NCBI GenBank assembly: GCA_964569355.1
Contig: CAZMVP010000004.1
Coordinates: 1 to 37,242 of the forward strand
Source of the DNA: an uncultured Chromatiaceae bacterium
Lineage (GTDB): Bacteria; Pseudomonadota; Gammaproteobacteria; Steroidobacterales; GCA-2729495
Direction of reading: 5' to 3'
DNA length: 37,242 nt
Shown: positions 7,628 through 18,770 of the stretch, one piece after another
Position numbering within the stretch: position 1 is the stretch's first letter
Layout of the letters: every line of letters begins with the position of its first letter
Notes under the pieces: model-generated
Told to the model about the DNA's origin: nothing
The model's database searches: none
What the model saw: the letters and a program-made list of their open reading frames with translations, nothing else
Translations under genes and position numbers: made by a program

Positions 7628-8035
7628 TCAGGGCATCCGGATGCGGCCACCGCCGCCCGGTACGCCACCGGCCATGCCGCCGCCAAAGCCGCCGCCGGCT
7701 TCCGGCACGATCAGCGACGAGGCCTGCTCGCGGCGCATTTCCTCGAGCTTCTGCATCGTGTCCTGCAGGGCACCATTGGCCGCTTTCGCGAAATTCCCGA
7801 ACGCCTCCTCGAGCGATTTCGCCGGAATATCGAAGCTGAGTGGCAAGGCACCCATGCGGGACATCAACTGGGTCTGGCCCACGTACAGCACCGGGCGGGC
7901 CGCGTCGGCCTTGCCGGTCTTGTCGATCGGGGTCAGGCGCTGGATCGTGCCCACGCGGCGGTCGGTGAAGACTTCCTCCTGGTAGAGGTCCGACTCATCC
8001 ATCCGGAGTTCAAGGTCGAGCGCATCGTCAGCCAT
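7628..8035 (-). CDS. Conserved hypothetical cytoplasmic protein with a Gly-rich C-terminus
   Basis: 135-aa ORF with coding-like composition (MADDALDLELRMDESDLYQEEVFTDRRVGTIQRLTPID...). I do not recognise a family. Confidence 0.55.
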   Translation of the reverse strand: MADDALDLELRMDESDLYQEEVFTDRRVGTIQRLTPIDKTGKADAARPVLYVGQTQLMSRMGALPLSFDIPAKSLEEAFGNFAKAANGALQDTMQKLEEMRREQASSLIVPEAGGGFGGGMAGGVPGGGGRIRMP

Positions 8036-8154
8036 GGGTGTCTATCCGCGAAAAACAGGGATTCAGGATACCAGACGCCGCTCCCGGCCCCGAATTCCGC
8101 GGCTGATGTTGCTACCATCCCGGGCGTGATCCCGGGCAACGGCGTGGCCGCAAC

Positions 8155-9153
8155 GTGAGCATCGACGACGACACGCTGGCCTATCGGAACCTGTCCCCCG
8201 ACGACATCCTGGATTCGGTGGAAAGCCTCGGCCTCTCCTGCGACGGTCGCCTGCTTACCCTCAACAGTTACGAGAACCGCGTCTATCGGGTCGGCATCGA
8301 GGATGGCCCGCCGGTGGTGGCCAAGTTCTACCGGCCCGGACGCTGGACCGATGCCGCGATCCAGGAGGAACACGACTTCACGCTCGAACTGGACGAGGCC
8401 GAGGTCCCCGTGGCGCCGCCGATCGAACGAGGCGGCCGGACGTTGCATCACCACGGCACGTTCCGGTTCTCGGTATCCCCCTGCTTCGGTGGCCGGGCCC
8501 CGGAGCTCGACAACCTGCCGTTGCTGCGCCAGCTCGGCCGCTTCGTCGGCCGGATCCACCTGTGCGGCCAGCGCACCGGATTCCGCCACCGGCCGCGCCT
8601 CTGCATGGAGTCATACGGCGAGGCTTCACGGCACTATCTGCTGGAAGCCGGCTTCATCCCGGACGACATCCGCGCGGCCTACGACAGCGTCTGCGATGCC
8701 GCACTTGAACGGGTGCACCACTGTTACGAGCGTGCCGGCGAACCCCGCGAGTTGCGCCTGCACGGCGACCTCCATCCCGGCAACGTGCTGGTGCTGGACG
8801 AGGTGCTGCACATCGTCGACCTCGACGACACCTGCACCGGGCCGGCAATCCAGGACCTGTGGATGTTCCTGTCCGGCAATCGCGTTGAACAGACGCCACA
8901 GCTCGCCGAACTGCTGGCCGGGTACACCGAGTTCCGCGACTTCGACGCCGCGGAACTGAACCTGATCGAGGCGCTGCGCACGCTGCGGCTGATGCACTAT
9001 GCCGCGTGGCTCGCCCGGCGCTGGGAAGATCCGGCATTCAAGGTTGGTTTCCCGTGGTTCGGCGGCCGACGCTACTGGGACGAGCACGTGCTGGCGTTGC
9101 GCGAACAGATTGCGCTGATGGACGAAGAACCGCTGCGCTGGGAGCCGGCATGA
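8155..9153 (+). CDS. srkA: Stress-response serine/threonine kinase SrkA (YihE/RdoA family)
   Basis: GTG start. Motifs seen: LNSYENRVYRV, VAKFYRPGRW, ...LHGDLHPGNVL, ...IVDLDD, ...GPAIQDLWM, and the WFGGRRYWDEH tail. These match YihE-type kinases. Confidence 0.85.
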   Translation: MSIDDDTLAYRNLSPDDILDSVESLGLSCDGRLLTLNSYENRVYRVGIEDGPPVVAKFYRPGRWTDAAIQEEHDFTLELDEAEVPVAPPIERGGRTLHHHGTFRFSVSPCFGGRAPELDNLPLLRQLGRFVGRIHLCGQRTGFRHRPRLCMESYGEASRHYLLEAGFIPDDIRAAYDSVCDAALERVHHCYERAGEPRELRLHGDLHPGNVLVLDEVLHIVDLDDTCTGPAIQDLWMFLSGNRVEQTPQLAELLAGYTEFRDFDAAELNLIEALRTLRLMHYAAWLARRWEDPAFKVGFPWFGGRRYWDEHVLALREQIALMDEEPLRWEPA

Positions 9154-10142
9154 GCGCGGTGGTCGGCGGCATCGGGGAGGCGACCGGGTATTCCGCGCCG
9201 GCAGACCGGGCGAACCTGCTGCGCCATGTCGCGATCGTCACGCACTGCGTGCCGGACCTGGCGGCCGCCGTCGCCGGATGGGAGCAGTTCCTCGGCTACC
9301 GGGTCGTCGCGGAAGGCACGCTCGATGCCGACACCGGCATGGCATGGGATTGCGCCGGGGCCATCGGGCAACGCTGCGCGTTGCTGGAGCCGGAGAGCGG
9401 CCAGCCGACCTGGATCCGCTTCATCGAATCGCCGGATCCCGGTGGCTACGGGCCGCCGATGACGATGGGTTGGAATGCCACCGAGCTGTTGGTCAAGGAC
9501 GTGGATGCGCTGGCGGCACGCTTGCGCCGATCGCCATTCCGGATCATCGGTGGCCCGAATGATCTCTATCCGCGGCCCCGGGCACCACGCGCCATGCAGG
9601 TCATCGGTCCGTCCGGGGAACTCGTCTATTTCACGCGCCTCCTGCCCGGCGGCAGCCGCTATGGGCTGCACGGCGCCCGGTCGGAGGTGGATCGGGTGTT
9701 CATCGTCACGACCGGCGGCCCGTCGTCGGATGCCATGCACGACTTCTACGGCGGCCGGCTTGGCCTGCGCATCCTCGACCGCACGCCCTTCATCAATCCG
9801 ATCGTGGCGCACGGCTGCGGACTACCACCCGACACGATCTTCCCGACCTCGATCGCCCGGATCCCGGGACGCAGCTTCCTGCTGGAGATGGATGAATACC
9901 CGGCAACGGTGCGGCCTCGGCTGCGGTTCCCGAACCGGCTGCCGCCCGGCATGGCGATGGTCAGCTTCCTCGTGCACAGCCTGGACGGGCTCGACCTGCC
10001 GACGAGGCGGCCCGCCCTTCGCCTGGCAGCGCCCCCCTTTGCGGGGCATCGGGCCGTGGTCATCGAAGGTCCGGCCGGGGAATGGCTGGAACTGATCGAG
10101 GCCGCGGGCGGTCCCGGCGCCAGCTGCACCGCGGAAAGCTGA
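9150..10142 (+). CDS. VOC (glyoxalase/bleomycin-resistance/dioxygenase) superfamily protein, two-domain
   Basis: The ATG at 9150 overlaps the srkA stop (ATGA). HVAIVTHCVPDLAAAVAGWEQFLGYRVV is a typical VOC beta-alpha-beta opening. The part of the track ORF upstream of 9150 lies inside srkA. Confidence 0.6.
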   Translation: MSAVVGGIGEATGYSAPADRANLLRHVAIVTHCVPDLAAAVAGWEQFLGYRVVAEGTLDADTGMAWDCAGAIGQRCALLEPESGQPTWIRFIESPDPGGYGPPMTMGWNATELLVKDVDALAARLRRSPFRIIGGPNDLYPRPRAPRAMQVIGPSGELVYFTRLLPGGSRYGLHGARSEVDRVFIVTTGGPSSDAMHDFYGGRLGLRILDRTPFINPIVAHGCGLPPDTIFPTSIARIPGRSFLLEMDEYPATVRPRLRFPNRLPPGMAMVSFLVHSLDGLDLPTRRPALRLAAPPFAGHRAVVIEGPAGEWLELIEAAGGPGASCTAES

Positions 10143-10200
10143 TTCCGGGCACGAGCCCGTATAATGCGCGCCACTTTCCGGCGACCGATGTTCCCCTGCC

Positions 10201-12108
10201 ATGGCCCTCGTCCGACTCGATGACGTTTCGCTTGCCTACGGCGAGCAGAAGCTGCTGACCAACGTTGCGTTCGAAATCGAACCGGGCGAGCGCGTGTGCC
10301 TGATCGGCCGCAATGGCACGGGCAAGACCTCCCTGTTCCGGCTGATCACGGGCGTCGTCCACCCGGACAGCGGCGTGATCCAGTACCGCAACGGGCTCGT
10401 GATGAGCACGCTCGACCAGCAGTTGCCCGAGGACCTCGAGGCCAGGGTGCGCGACGTGGTCGCCGAGGGCCTGGCCGACGTCAAGCTGCTGGTGGACGAG
10501 TACGAGCAGCTCGCGCACCAGAAGCTGGACAAGGCCGGCCTGAAGAGGCTCGATGACCTGCAACACCGCATCGATGAACTGGATGGCTGGCGCATCGACC
10601 AGCGCGTCGAGCTGATCATGACCGAGATGGCACTGCCGCCCGACCAGCCGATCGGCGAGCTGTCCGGCGGCTGGCGCCGGCGCGTGGGCCTCGCCAAGGC
10701 GCTGATCAGCAAGCCGGACCTGCTGCTCCTCGACGAGCCCACCAACCACCTCGACATCGTCACGATCCAGTGGCTGGAGAACCGCATCCGCTCGTGGCAG
10801 GGCGCGGTGCTGTTCATCACCCACGACCGGGCCTTCCTCGACAAGCTCGCCACGCGCATCTGCGAACTCGACCGCGGCCGCCTGCTGAGCTTCCCCGGCA
10901 GCTACGACGAGTACCTCGAGCGCAAGGAGAAGCTGCTCGAGGACGAGGTGAGCGCGAACCGGCTCTTCGACAAGAAGCTCGACGAGGAGGAGATCTGGAT
11001 CCGCCAGGGCATCAAGGCCCGGCGGCATCGCAACCAGAACCGCGTGCGGCGCCTGGAAGCGCTGCGCCAGGAATACACCGATCGCCTGACGCCGCAACAG
11101 CGCGCGAAGATCTCGATCGAGGAAGCCGACCAGTCCGGGCGGAAGGTCATCGAGGCCAAGCACATCTCGCACGGCTTCCGCGGCGAGGAGCTGATCCGGG
11201 ACTTCTCGTGCCGGATCATGCGTGGCGACCGGATCGGGCTCCTCGGCAACAACGGCGTCGGCAAGAGCACGCTGCTGCGGATCCTGCTCGGCGAGATCGC
11301 GCCGAACCATGGAACGATCAAGACCGGCACGGCGCTCGAGATCGGCTACTTCGGCCAGCTGCGCGAGAACCTGGACCCGGAACGGAGCGTGGCCTACATC
11401 GTCGGCAACGGCAGCGACTACGTGAAGATCAACGGCCATGACCGGCACGTCATCGGCTACCTGAAGGGCTTCCTGTTCAGCGCCAAGCGGGCCATGACGC
11501 CGGTGAAGTCACTGTCCGGCGGCGAACGCAACCGGGTGATCCTCGCGCGGCTGTTCACCAAGCCCACCAATTTCCTGATCCTCGACGAGCCGACCAATGA
11601 CCTCGACGTCGAAACCCTCGAAGTACTCGAGGATCGGCTGGACGAGTACAAGGGCACGCTGATCGTCGTCAGCCACGACCGGATGTTCCTCGATTCGGTG
11701 GTCACGAGCGTGTTCGCCTTCGAGCCACACGGCCACGTCCAGCGCTATGTCGGCGGCTATACCGACTGGCTGCGCCAGGGCAAGCCGCTCGCGGAAACCG
11801 ACAACCCGAACCTGAAGCCGGGCGAGGCGCCGGAGCCGTCCGCGGCGGAACGGCGCAAGAAGGCATCGCGGCAGGGCCGTCGGCTGAGCTACAAGGACCA
11901 GCGCGAGCTCGACTCGCTGCCGCCGAAGATCGCGGCGCTGGAAGCCGAGATCCGTGCGCTCGAGCAGCAGACCAATGCCAGGGGCTTCTACGACAAGGCC
12001 TGGCACGAGACCGTGCCGGTGCTCGACGCACTGCGCGACCGCCAGGCCCAGCATGAACAGGTCACCGCGCGCTGGCTGGAACTCGAGGAAATGAAGGACC
12101 AGGCCTGA
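10201..12108 (+). CDS. uup: ABC-F family ATPase (Uup-like)
   Basis: Two ABC cassettes are present: [29 protein letters not shown] and [29 protein letters not shown]. There is a charged linker and a C-terminal coiled-coil DNA-binding-type tail. Confidence 0.9.
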   Translation: MALVRLDDVSLAYGEQKLLTNVAFEIEPGERVCLIGRNGTGKTSLFRLITGVVHPDSGVIQYRNGLVMSTLDQQLPEDLEARVRDVVAEGLADVKLLVDEYEQLAHQKLDKAGLKRLDDLQHRIDELDGWRIDQRVELIMTEMALPPDQPIGELSGGWRRRVGLAKALISKPDLLLLDEPTNHLDIVTIQWLENRIRSWQGAVLFITHDRAFLDKLATRICELDRGRLLSFPGSYDEYLERKEKLLEDEVSANRLFDKKLDEEEIWIRQGIKARRHRNQNRVRRLEALRQEYTDRLTPQQRAKISIEEADQSGRKVIEAKHISHGFRGEELIRDFSCRIMRGDRIGLLGNNGVGKSTLLRILLGEIAPNHGTIKTGTALEIGYFGQLRENLDPERSVAYIVGNGSDYVKINGHDRHVIGYLKGFLFSAKRAMTPVKSLSGGERNRVILARLFTKPTNFLILDEPTNDLDVETLEVLEDRLDEYKGTLIVVSHDRMFLDSVVTSVFAFEPHGHVQRYVGGYTDWLRQGKPLAETDNPNLKPGEAPEPSAAERRKKASRQGRRLSYKDQRELDSLPPKIAALEAEIRALEQQTNARGFYDKAWHETVPVLDALRDRQAQHEQVTARWLELEEMKDQA

Positions 12109-12180
12109 TCCATTCCAGCGGTCGTTCCAGCGGCCATTCCAGCAGCCGTTCCAGCAGCCACTCGAGCGGCCCGTCCACGG
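12109..12180. repeat. Six degenerate tandem 12-bp repeats (consensus GCCRTTCCAGCR)
   Basis: Read directly: tccattccagcg, gtcgttccagcg, gccattccagca, gccgttccagca, gccactcgagcg, gcccgtccacgg. An inverted copy, GCTGGAA, follows at 12182-12188. The array lies between the uup stop and the glgB start. Confidence 0.85.
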
Positions 12181-12232
12181 GGCTGGAAGGTGGTTCACGC
12201 CACGCGACGTCGACTCGGTCATACTGTCCGGC

Positions 12233-14137
<1,905 letters not shown>

Positions 14138-14208
14138 CCGGCCGCGGGATTCCCTGGCCGTGGATTTCCCGGCCGTGGCTTACCCGGAGTAATCTCCCGG
14201 GAGGTTCC

Positions 14209-15873
14209 TCAGCCAGCGCGTCGGGTTGCCTCCTGCGCGAAGGGCTGCCTCGAGACTGCGCTCAGCACGGCCTGCAGCGTGGCCGTGGTGGTGTCGTCGG
14301 CAAGCGCAACCCCGGCGGTGTAGTCGTCGCCGATCCGCAACCGGATGCAGGCCATGGCCTTGGCCTCGGTGCCGCTGCCGAGCGCGAATTCGTCAAAACC
14401 CTCGATGCGGCCACGCACGCCATGGGTCCGGTTGAGCGCATCCATCAGCGCTTCCACCGCACCATTGCCCTCGCCAGCCAGCGTTCCGTTGCCGACGCGC
14501 GCCTGTACCCGCACCCGGTCCGCCTCGCGGCTGACCTCGTAATTGCCCATGGTCCAGGCATCGCCGAGCGTCACGTAGGCGGCATCGAAGAGCTGGCGGA
14601 TCGCGGCGCCGCCCACTTCATCGCCCGTCTTCTCGGCATGCCGCTGCACCACCTTCGAGAATTCGATCTGCAGCCAGCGTGGCAACGTGATGCCGAAGTC
14701 GCGCTCGAGCACGTAGAGCACGCCGCCCTTGCCGGACTGGCTGTTGATGCGCACCACCTCCTCGTAGCGGCGGCCGAGGTCGCCCGGATCGATCGGCAGG
14801 TAGGCCACCTGCCAGGGTTCATCCGCCCGCTGTCGCGCCAGCGATTTCCGGATCGCATCCTGGTGGCTGCCGCTGAAGGCGGTGTACACGAGCTCGCCCG
14901 CCCAGGCATGGCGCGGGTGCGTGCTGATCTCGGTGCAGTACTCCACGGTGTCGATGACCCGCCGCATGTCCGAGAAGTCGATGCCGGGATCGATGCCCTG
15001 CGAATAGAGGTTCATGCCCATCGTCACGAGGCACATGTTGCCGGTCCGCTCGCCATTGCCGAGCAAGGTGCCCTCGATGCGGTCGGCACCAGCCAGCACG
15101 CCGAGCTCGGCCGCAGCCACGCCGCAGCCACGGTCATTGTGCGTATGCAGGCTGACGCGCACATGCTCGCGATGGTCGATGTGGGCGCACATCCATTCGA
15201 TCATGTCGGCATAGACGTTTGGCGTGGACATCTCCACCGTGGCCGGCAGGTTGATCACGACCTTCTGCCCCTTCTCCGGCTGCCAGACGGCGATCACGGC
15301 ATTGACGACTTCGGCCGCGTACTCCAGTTCCGTGCCGGTGAAGCTTTCCGGCGAGTACTGGAACTCCCAGTCGGTCTCCGGCGCCTTTGCCGCCCCTTCC
15401 TTCACCCACTTCGCGCCCTGGACCGCGATGTTGCGGATCGCGTCGCGATCCAGGCCGAATACGCGCTCGCGCTGCACGGTCGACGTGGAGTTGTAGACAT
15501 GGACGTTGGCCTTGCGCGCGCCCTTCAATGACTCGAAGCTCCGCGTGATCAGGTCTTCCCGGGCCTGGGTCAGCACCTGGATCGTCACGTCATCCGGCAC
15601 CAGTCCTTCGGTGATGATCTTGCGGACGAAATCGAAATCCGGTTGCGAGGCGGACGGAAACCCCACCTCGATCTCCTTGTAGCCCATGTCGACCAGCAGC
15701 CGGAACATCCGCGTTTTCTGTTCGATGTTCATCGGCTTGACCAGCGCCTGGTTGCCATCCCGGAGGTCGACCGAACACCAGTCCGGTGCCTTGGTGATCA
15801 CGCGGTCCGGCCACTGCCGGTCGGGCATGTGGACAGGCTTGAAGGCGGCATATTTGCGGTGGTCGTAGGCCAT
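14209..15873 (-). CDS. leuA: 2-isopropylmalate synthase (long, LeuA type 2)
   Basis: MAYDHRKYAAFKPVHMPDRQWPDRVITKAPDWCSVDLRDGNQAL... followed by HTHNDRGCGVAA. I trimmed the start to the ATG at 15873, which has GGAGAG 6 nt upstream. Confidence 0.9.
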   Translation of the reverse strand: MAYDHRKYAAFKPVHMPDRQWPDRVITKAPDWCSVDLRDGNQALVKPMNIEQKTRMFRLLVDMGYKEIEVGFPSASQPDFDFVRKIITEGLVPDDVTIQVLTQAREDLITRSFESLKGARKANVHVYNSTSTVQRERVFGLDRDAIRNIAVQGAKWVKEGAAKAPETDWEFQYSPESFTGTELEYAAEVVNAVIAVWQPEKGQKVVINLPATVEMSTPNVYADMIEWMCAHIDHREHVRVSLHTHNDRGCGVAAAELGVLAGADRIEGTLLGNGERTGNMCLVTMGMNLYSQGIDPGIDFSDMRRVIDTVEYCTEISTHPRHAWAGELVYTAFSGSHQDAIRKSLARQRADEPWQVAYLPIDPGDLGRRYEEVVRINSQSGKGGVLYVLERDFGITLPRWLQIEFSKVVQRHAEKTGDEVGGAAIRQLFDAAYVTLGDAWTMGNYEVSREADRVRVQARVGNGTLAGEGNGAVEALMDALNRTHGVRGRIEGFDEFALGSGTEAKAMACIRLRIGDDYTAGVALADDTTTATLQAVLSAVSRQPFAQEATRRAG

Positions 15874-15920
15874 GGTGGCTCTCTCCAGTTGCGTCTGCCG
15901 CAAAGTCTAGCCGTTACGGA

Positions 15921-15979
15921 CCGCAATTCGCTTGCGTTTATCCCGCAATTGGGCATTGGGACGATATTTTATTGCGTTA
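15921..15979. promoter_or_regulatory. Candidate operator region with repeated CGCAAT/ATTGCG half-sites in the leuA-lrp divergent intergenic region
   Basis: CCGCAATT occurs at 15921-15928 and 15943-15950, 22 bp apart. The inverted ATTGCG occurs at 15971-15976. The segment is locally AT-rich. Its function is inferred only from position. Confidence 0.25.
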
Positions 15980-16006
15980 CTTCAGTCATTCTGGCATTTT
16001 CCCGCC

Positions 16007-16486
16007 ATGAATATTGCCACGCTTGACCGGATCGACCACCGGATCCTCGATGTCCTGCAGCACGACGGCGGCCTGACCAACCAGGAGCTGGCCGAACGGG
16101 TCGGCCTGTCGCCCTCGCCATGCCTGCGCCGGGTCAAGGCGCTGGAGGCGGCCGGCGTCATCGTCAAGCGCGTGGTCCTGCTCGACCCGAAGGCACTGGG
16201 ATTGTCGCTGACGGCGATCATCCACATCGTCATGGACCGCCACACGCCTGAGCGCTTCGCGCATTTCGAGGACAAGCTCAAGACCTGCCCGGAGATCCAG
16301 GCCTGCTACCTGATCACCGGCCAGGACGCGGACTACCTGCTGGTGGCCGTCGTGCCGGACATGGATGCCTACCAGGAACTGCTGCTGAAGACCATCACGC
16401 GCATCGAAGGCGTTTCCGGCGTGCATTCCAGCTTCGTGCTGCGACGGGTCATCGATACCACGGCGCTGCCACTCGCCCACCTCTGA
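16007..16486 (+). CDS. Lrp/AsnC family transcriptional regulator
   Basis: LDRIDHRILDVLQHDGGLTNQELAERVGLSPSPCLRRVKALEAAGVI (HTH) plus a C-terminal RAM/AsnC domain. I trimmed the start to the ATG at 16007. The gene is divergent from leuA. Confidence 0.85.
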   Translation: MNIATLDRIDHRILDVLQHDGGLTNQELAERVGLSPSPCLRRVKALEAAGVIVKRVVLLDPKALGLSLTAIIHIVMDRHTPERFAHFEDKLKTCPEIQACYLITGQDADYLLVAVVPDMDAYQELLLKTITRIEGVSGVHSSFVLRRVIDTTALPLAHL

Positions 16487-16646
16487 CCGGCGGCACTGCT
16501 GCTGCCCAGGCGATGGGGTTGTCCCCAAGCAGTGCGGCCATCGCCAGCACGGCAAACCCGCGGACCCATCGGTTCATGGCACGCAGCTTGCGGGATGGTT
16601 GCGTGCTTGCCAATCCGGCAGGCAGTGCCGGCGATGAAGCGAATGA

Positions 16647-16674
16647 TTGACAAGTGCGGTACGGACAATAAGAT
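16647..16674 (+). promoter_or_regulatory. Candidate sigma70 promoter for the truncated-hemoglobin/cbb3 operon
   Basis: TTGACA (16647-16652), a 16-nt spacer, then TAAGAT (16669-16674). It lies about 34 nt upstream of the ATG at 16708. GGGGA sits 6 nt before the ATG. Confidence 0.4.
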
Positions 16675-16707
16675 ACGCGCCCGATACACCTTCTTCGGGG
16701 ACCTCCC

Positions 16708-17124
16708 ATGACCGCCGACGAGATCTGCAGCGAGGCAGACATCACCGCACTCGTCCACGATTTTTATGCCCGGATCCGGGACGATGCGAAGCTCGGCCCG
16801 ATCTTCGACCGGCACATCGCCGACTGGCCGCATCATCTCGCGAAGATGGTCGACTTCTGGTCATCGACCCTGCGCGGCACGCGCCGCTACCACGGCATGC
16901 CCATGCCGGCCCACGTGGCGCTGCCGGGACTTGACCAGGACCTGTTCCGGCAGTGGCTGTCACTCTTCCATGAAACCACGGCAGCCCACCCGAACCAGGC
17001 CATGGCCGAACGGGCCGACCTGCTCGCCGAGCGCATTGCGCAGAGCCTCTGGTACGGTTACGACATGCACCACAACCAGCTGACGCAAAGCTGGCCGCTT
17101 GAAGCACAAACAGGAGTTGGCTGA
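16708..17124 (+). CDS. Group III truncated hemoglobin (2-on-2 globin)
   Basis: The 138-aa protein reads ITALVHDFYARIRDDAKLGPIF...WPHHLAKMVDFWSS.L.G...Y.G.P...H. The size and motifs fit the trHb III (Ctb-like) family. Confidence 0.8.
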   Translation: MTADEICSEADITALVHDFYARIRDDAKLGPIFDRHIADWPHHLAKMVDFWSSTLRGTRRYHGMPMPAHVALPGLDQDLFRQWLSLFHETTAAHPNQAMAERADLLAERIAQSLWYGYDMHHNQLTQSWPLEAQTGVG

Positions 17125-18770
17125 TGGATAGCGCGGTATTGAGCCTGCTGGGAGCCTTCCTGCTGTCCGTCATCGGACTGTTCGTCTTCATCTGGTCGAT
17201 GCGCAAGGGATTGCTCTCGGAGAATGCCGGAGCGGCATCCGTCATCTTCGCCGAAGGCGAGATCGGCCGGGTCGATGACCCGGCCCTGGGCGAAGCCGCG
17301 CAGGAGAATTTCCAGGCGGCCGTGGCACCGGAGACCACGGAACCACCAGCCAACGAAGCCGAGCTGGTCGACCGGATCGAGGCGGATCGCTCCACGGCAT
17401 TCCCGGTCTTCATGTTCATCGCCTTTGCCTGTTTCTGGCTGCTGGTCGGCTCGGCAGCGGGACTCATTGCCTCGATCAAGCTCCACGCGCCGGACTGGCT
17501 CGTCAACGACGCCTGGCTGACCTTCGGCCGGATCCGCACCGAGCACCTCAACGCCGTGATCTACGGCTGGTCGTCCAACGGCTGCCTGGCCGTGATCATG
17601 TGGCTGCTGCCGCGGCTCATGCGGACGCGGCTCGTCGGCGCGATCTGGGTCATGCTGGGCGGCACCTTCCTCAACGCCGGCATCGCAGCGGGCATCGGCG
17701 CCATCGCCTCGGGCTGGACCGACGGCATGGAGTTCCTGGAGATCCCCTGGCAGATCGGCGTCTTCATCTTCGCCGGCTTCGGCCTGATCGTGCTGCCACT
17801 GCTGCTGACGGTCTTCCGGCGCAACGTGGAACACATCTATGTCAGCGCCTGGTACATGGTGGCGGGCCTCTTGTGGATCTCGCTCTTGTTCGTCGTGGCC
17901 AAGCTCCCGGGCGTGCACACCGGCGTGCAGCAGGCAACGACGAACTGGTGGTATGGCCACAATGCGCTGGGGCTGTGGTTCACGCCGGTCAGCGTGGGCG
18001 CCATCTACTACTTCCTGCCGAAGATCATCGGACGGCCGATCGTGTCCTACAACGTGTCGCTGCTCGGCTTCTGGTCGCTCGCGTTCTTCTACGGCCAGGT
18101 CGGCGGCCACCACCTGATCGGCGGACCCATTCCCGGCTGGCTCATCACCCTGTCGATCGTGCAGAGCGTGATGATGGTCATCCCGGTGGTTGCGTTCGCG
18201 ATCAACCAGGGTGGCACGATCTGGGGCCACATCCGCTTCGTGCGCTATTCCCCGACGCTGCGCTTCATGGTGGCCGGCGGCCTGATGTACTGCCTGTCCT
18301 CGGTGCAGGGGTCGATGGAAGCCCTGCGCAGCGTCAACGCGGTCACCCACTTCACGCACTACACCGTGGCCCATGCCCACCTCGGCATGTACGCCTTCGT
18401 CGCGATGGTGCTGTTCGGCGCCATCTACTTCATGATGCCGCGCGTGCTGGACTGGGAATGGCCCTATCCGAAGCTGATCTCGCTGCATTTCTGGCTGGTC
18501 ACGATCGGCATCACGATCTACGTCGTGTCGCTGACGATCGGTGGCTGGCTGCAGGGCAAGGCCATGCTCGACCCCGACCAGCCGTTCATCGAATCGGTGC
18601 TGTTGACCCTGCCGTACCTCAAGGCACGCAGCATCGGTGGCACGATCATGACGCTCGGCCACCTCGTGTTCGTCGGTCATTTCTTTGCGATGGCGCTGCG
18701 CTTCGGGCCGCAACGCACCGGCGCCGCGCTGTTCTGGCAGCCGGCCGCGGAGGGCAATCATGGAAAGTGA
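17124..18770 (+). CDS. ccoN: cbb3-type (C-family) heme-copper oxidase subunit I with a CcoS/FixS-like N-terminal extension
   Basis: WWYGHNALGLWF, the FFYGQVGGHHL motif (Tyr five residues before HH) and THFTHYTVAHAHLG match the CcoN metal-ligand pattern. The first ~45 aa (LLSVIGLFVFIWSMRKGLLSENAGAASVIF) resemble CcoS. The ATG overlaps the globin stop (TGATG), and AGGAG lies 7 nt upstream. Confidence 0.85.
   Translation: MDSAVLSLLGAFLLSVIGLFVFIWSMRKGLLSENAGAASVIFAEGEIGRVDDPALGEAAQENFQAAVAPETTEPPANEAELVDRIEADRSTAFPVFMFIAFACFWLLVGSAAGLIASIKLHAPDWLVNDAWLTFGRIRTEHLNAVIYGWSSNGCLAVIMWLLPRLMRTRLVGAIWVMLGGTFLNAGIAAGIGAIASGWTDGMEFLEIPWQIGVFIFAGFGLIVLPLLLTVFRRNVEHIYVSAWYMVAGLLWISLLFVVAKLPGVHTGVQQATTNWWYGHNALGLWFTPVSVGAIYYFLPKIIGRPIVSYNVSLLGFWSLAFFYGQVGGHHLIGGPIPGWLITLSIVQSVMMVIPVVAFAINQGGTIWGHIRFVRYSPTLRFMVAGGLMYCLSSVQGSMEALRSVNAVTHFTHYTVAHAHLGMYAFVAMVLFGAIYFMMPRVLDWEWPYPKLISLHFWLVTIGITIYVVSLTIGGWLQGKAMLDPDQPFIESVLLTLPYLKARSIGGTIMTLGHLVFVGHFFAMALRFGPQRTGAALFWQPAAEGNHGK

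Noticed and set aside
10060-11448. 462-aa minus-strand ORF opposite uup, and the related ORF 11509..12258
   Set aside because: They are antisense to an unmistakable ABC-F gene carrying both Walker and signature motifs. The translations are low-complexity (runs of L/V/D/A/R).
12095-12232. N-terminal extension of GlgB through the 12-bp repeat array
   Set aside because: The frame is open, but it contains no ATG or GTG between the in-frame TGA at 12092 and the ATG at 12233. The protein from 12233 already has a normal GlgB N-terminus.
14138-14208. Bidirectional terminator between the convergent glgB and leuA genes (CTCCCGGGAG palindrome), and similar GC palindromes at 26870-26881, 32860-32875 and 35335-35348
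   Set aside because: The stems are only 4-6 bp, the loops are minimal, and no flanking T/A runs are present. I cannot support them as intrinsic terminators.
16449-16577. 42-aa minus-strand ORF with a signal-peptide-like start (MNRWVRGFAVLAMAALLG...)
   Set aside because: It overlaps the 3' end of the Lrp-family gene by 38 nt, has no RBS that I can see, and matches no recognisable family. It is probably noise.
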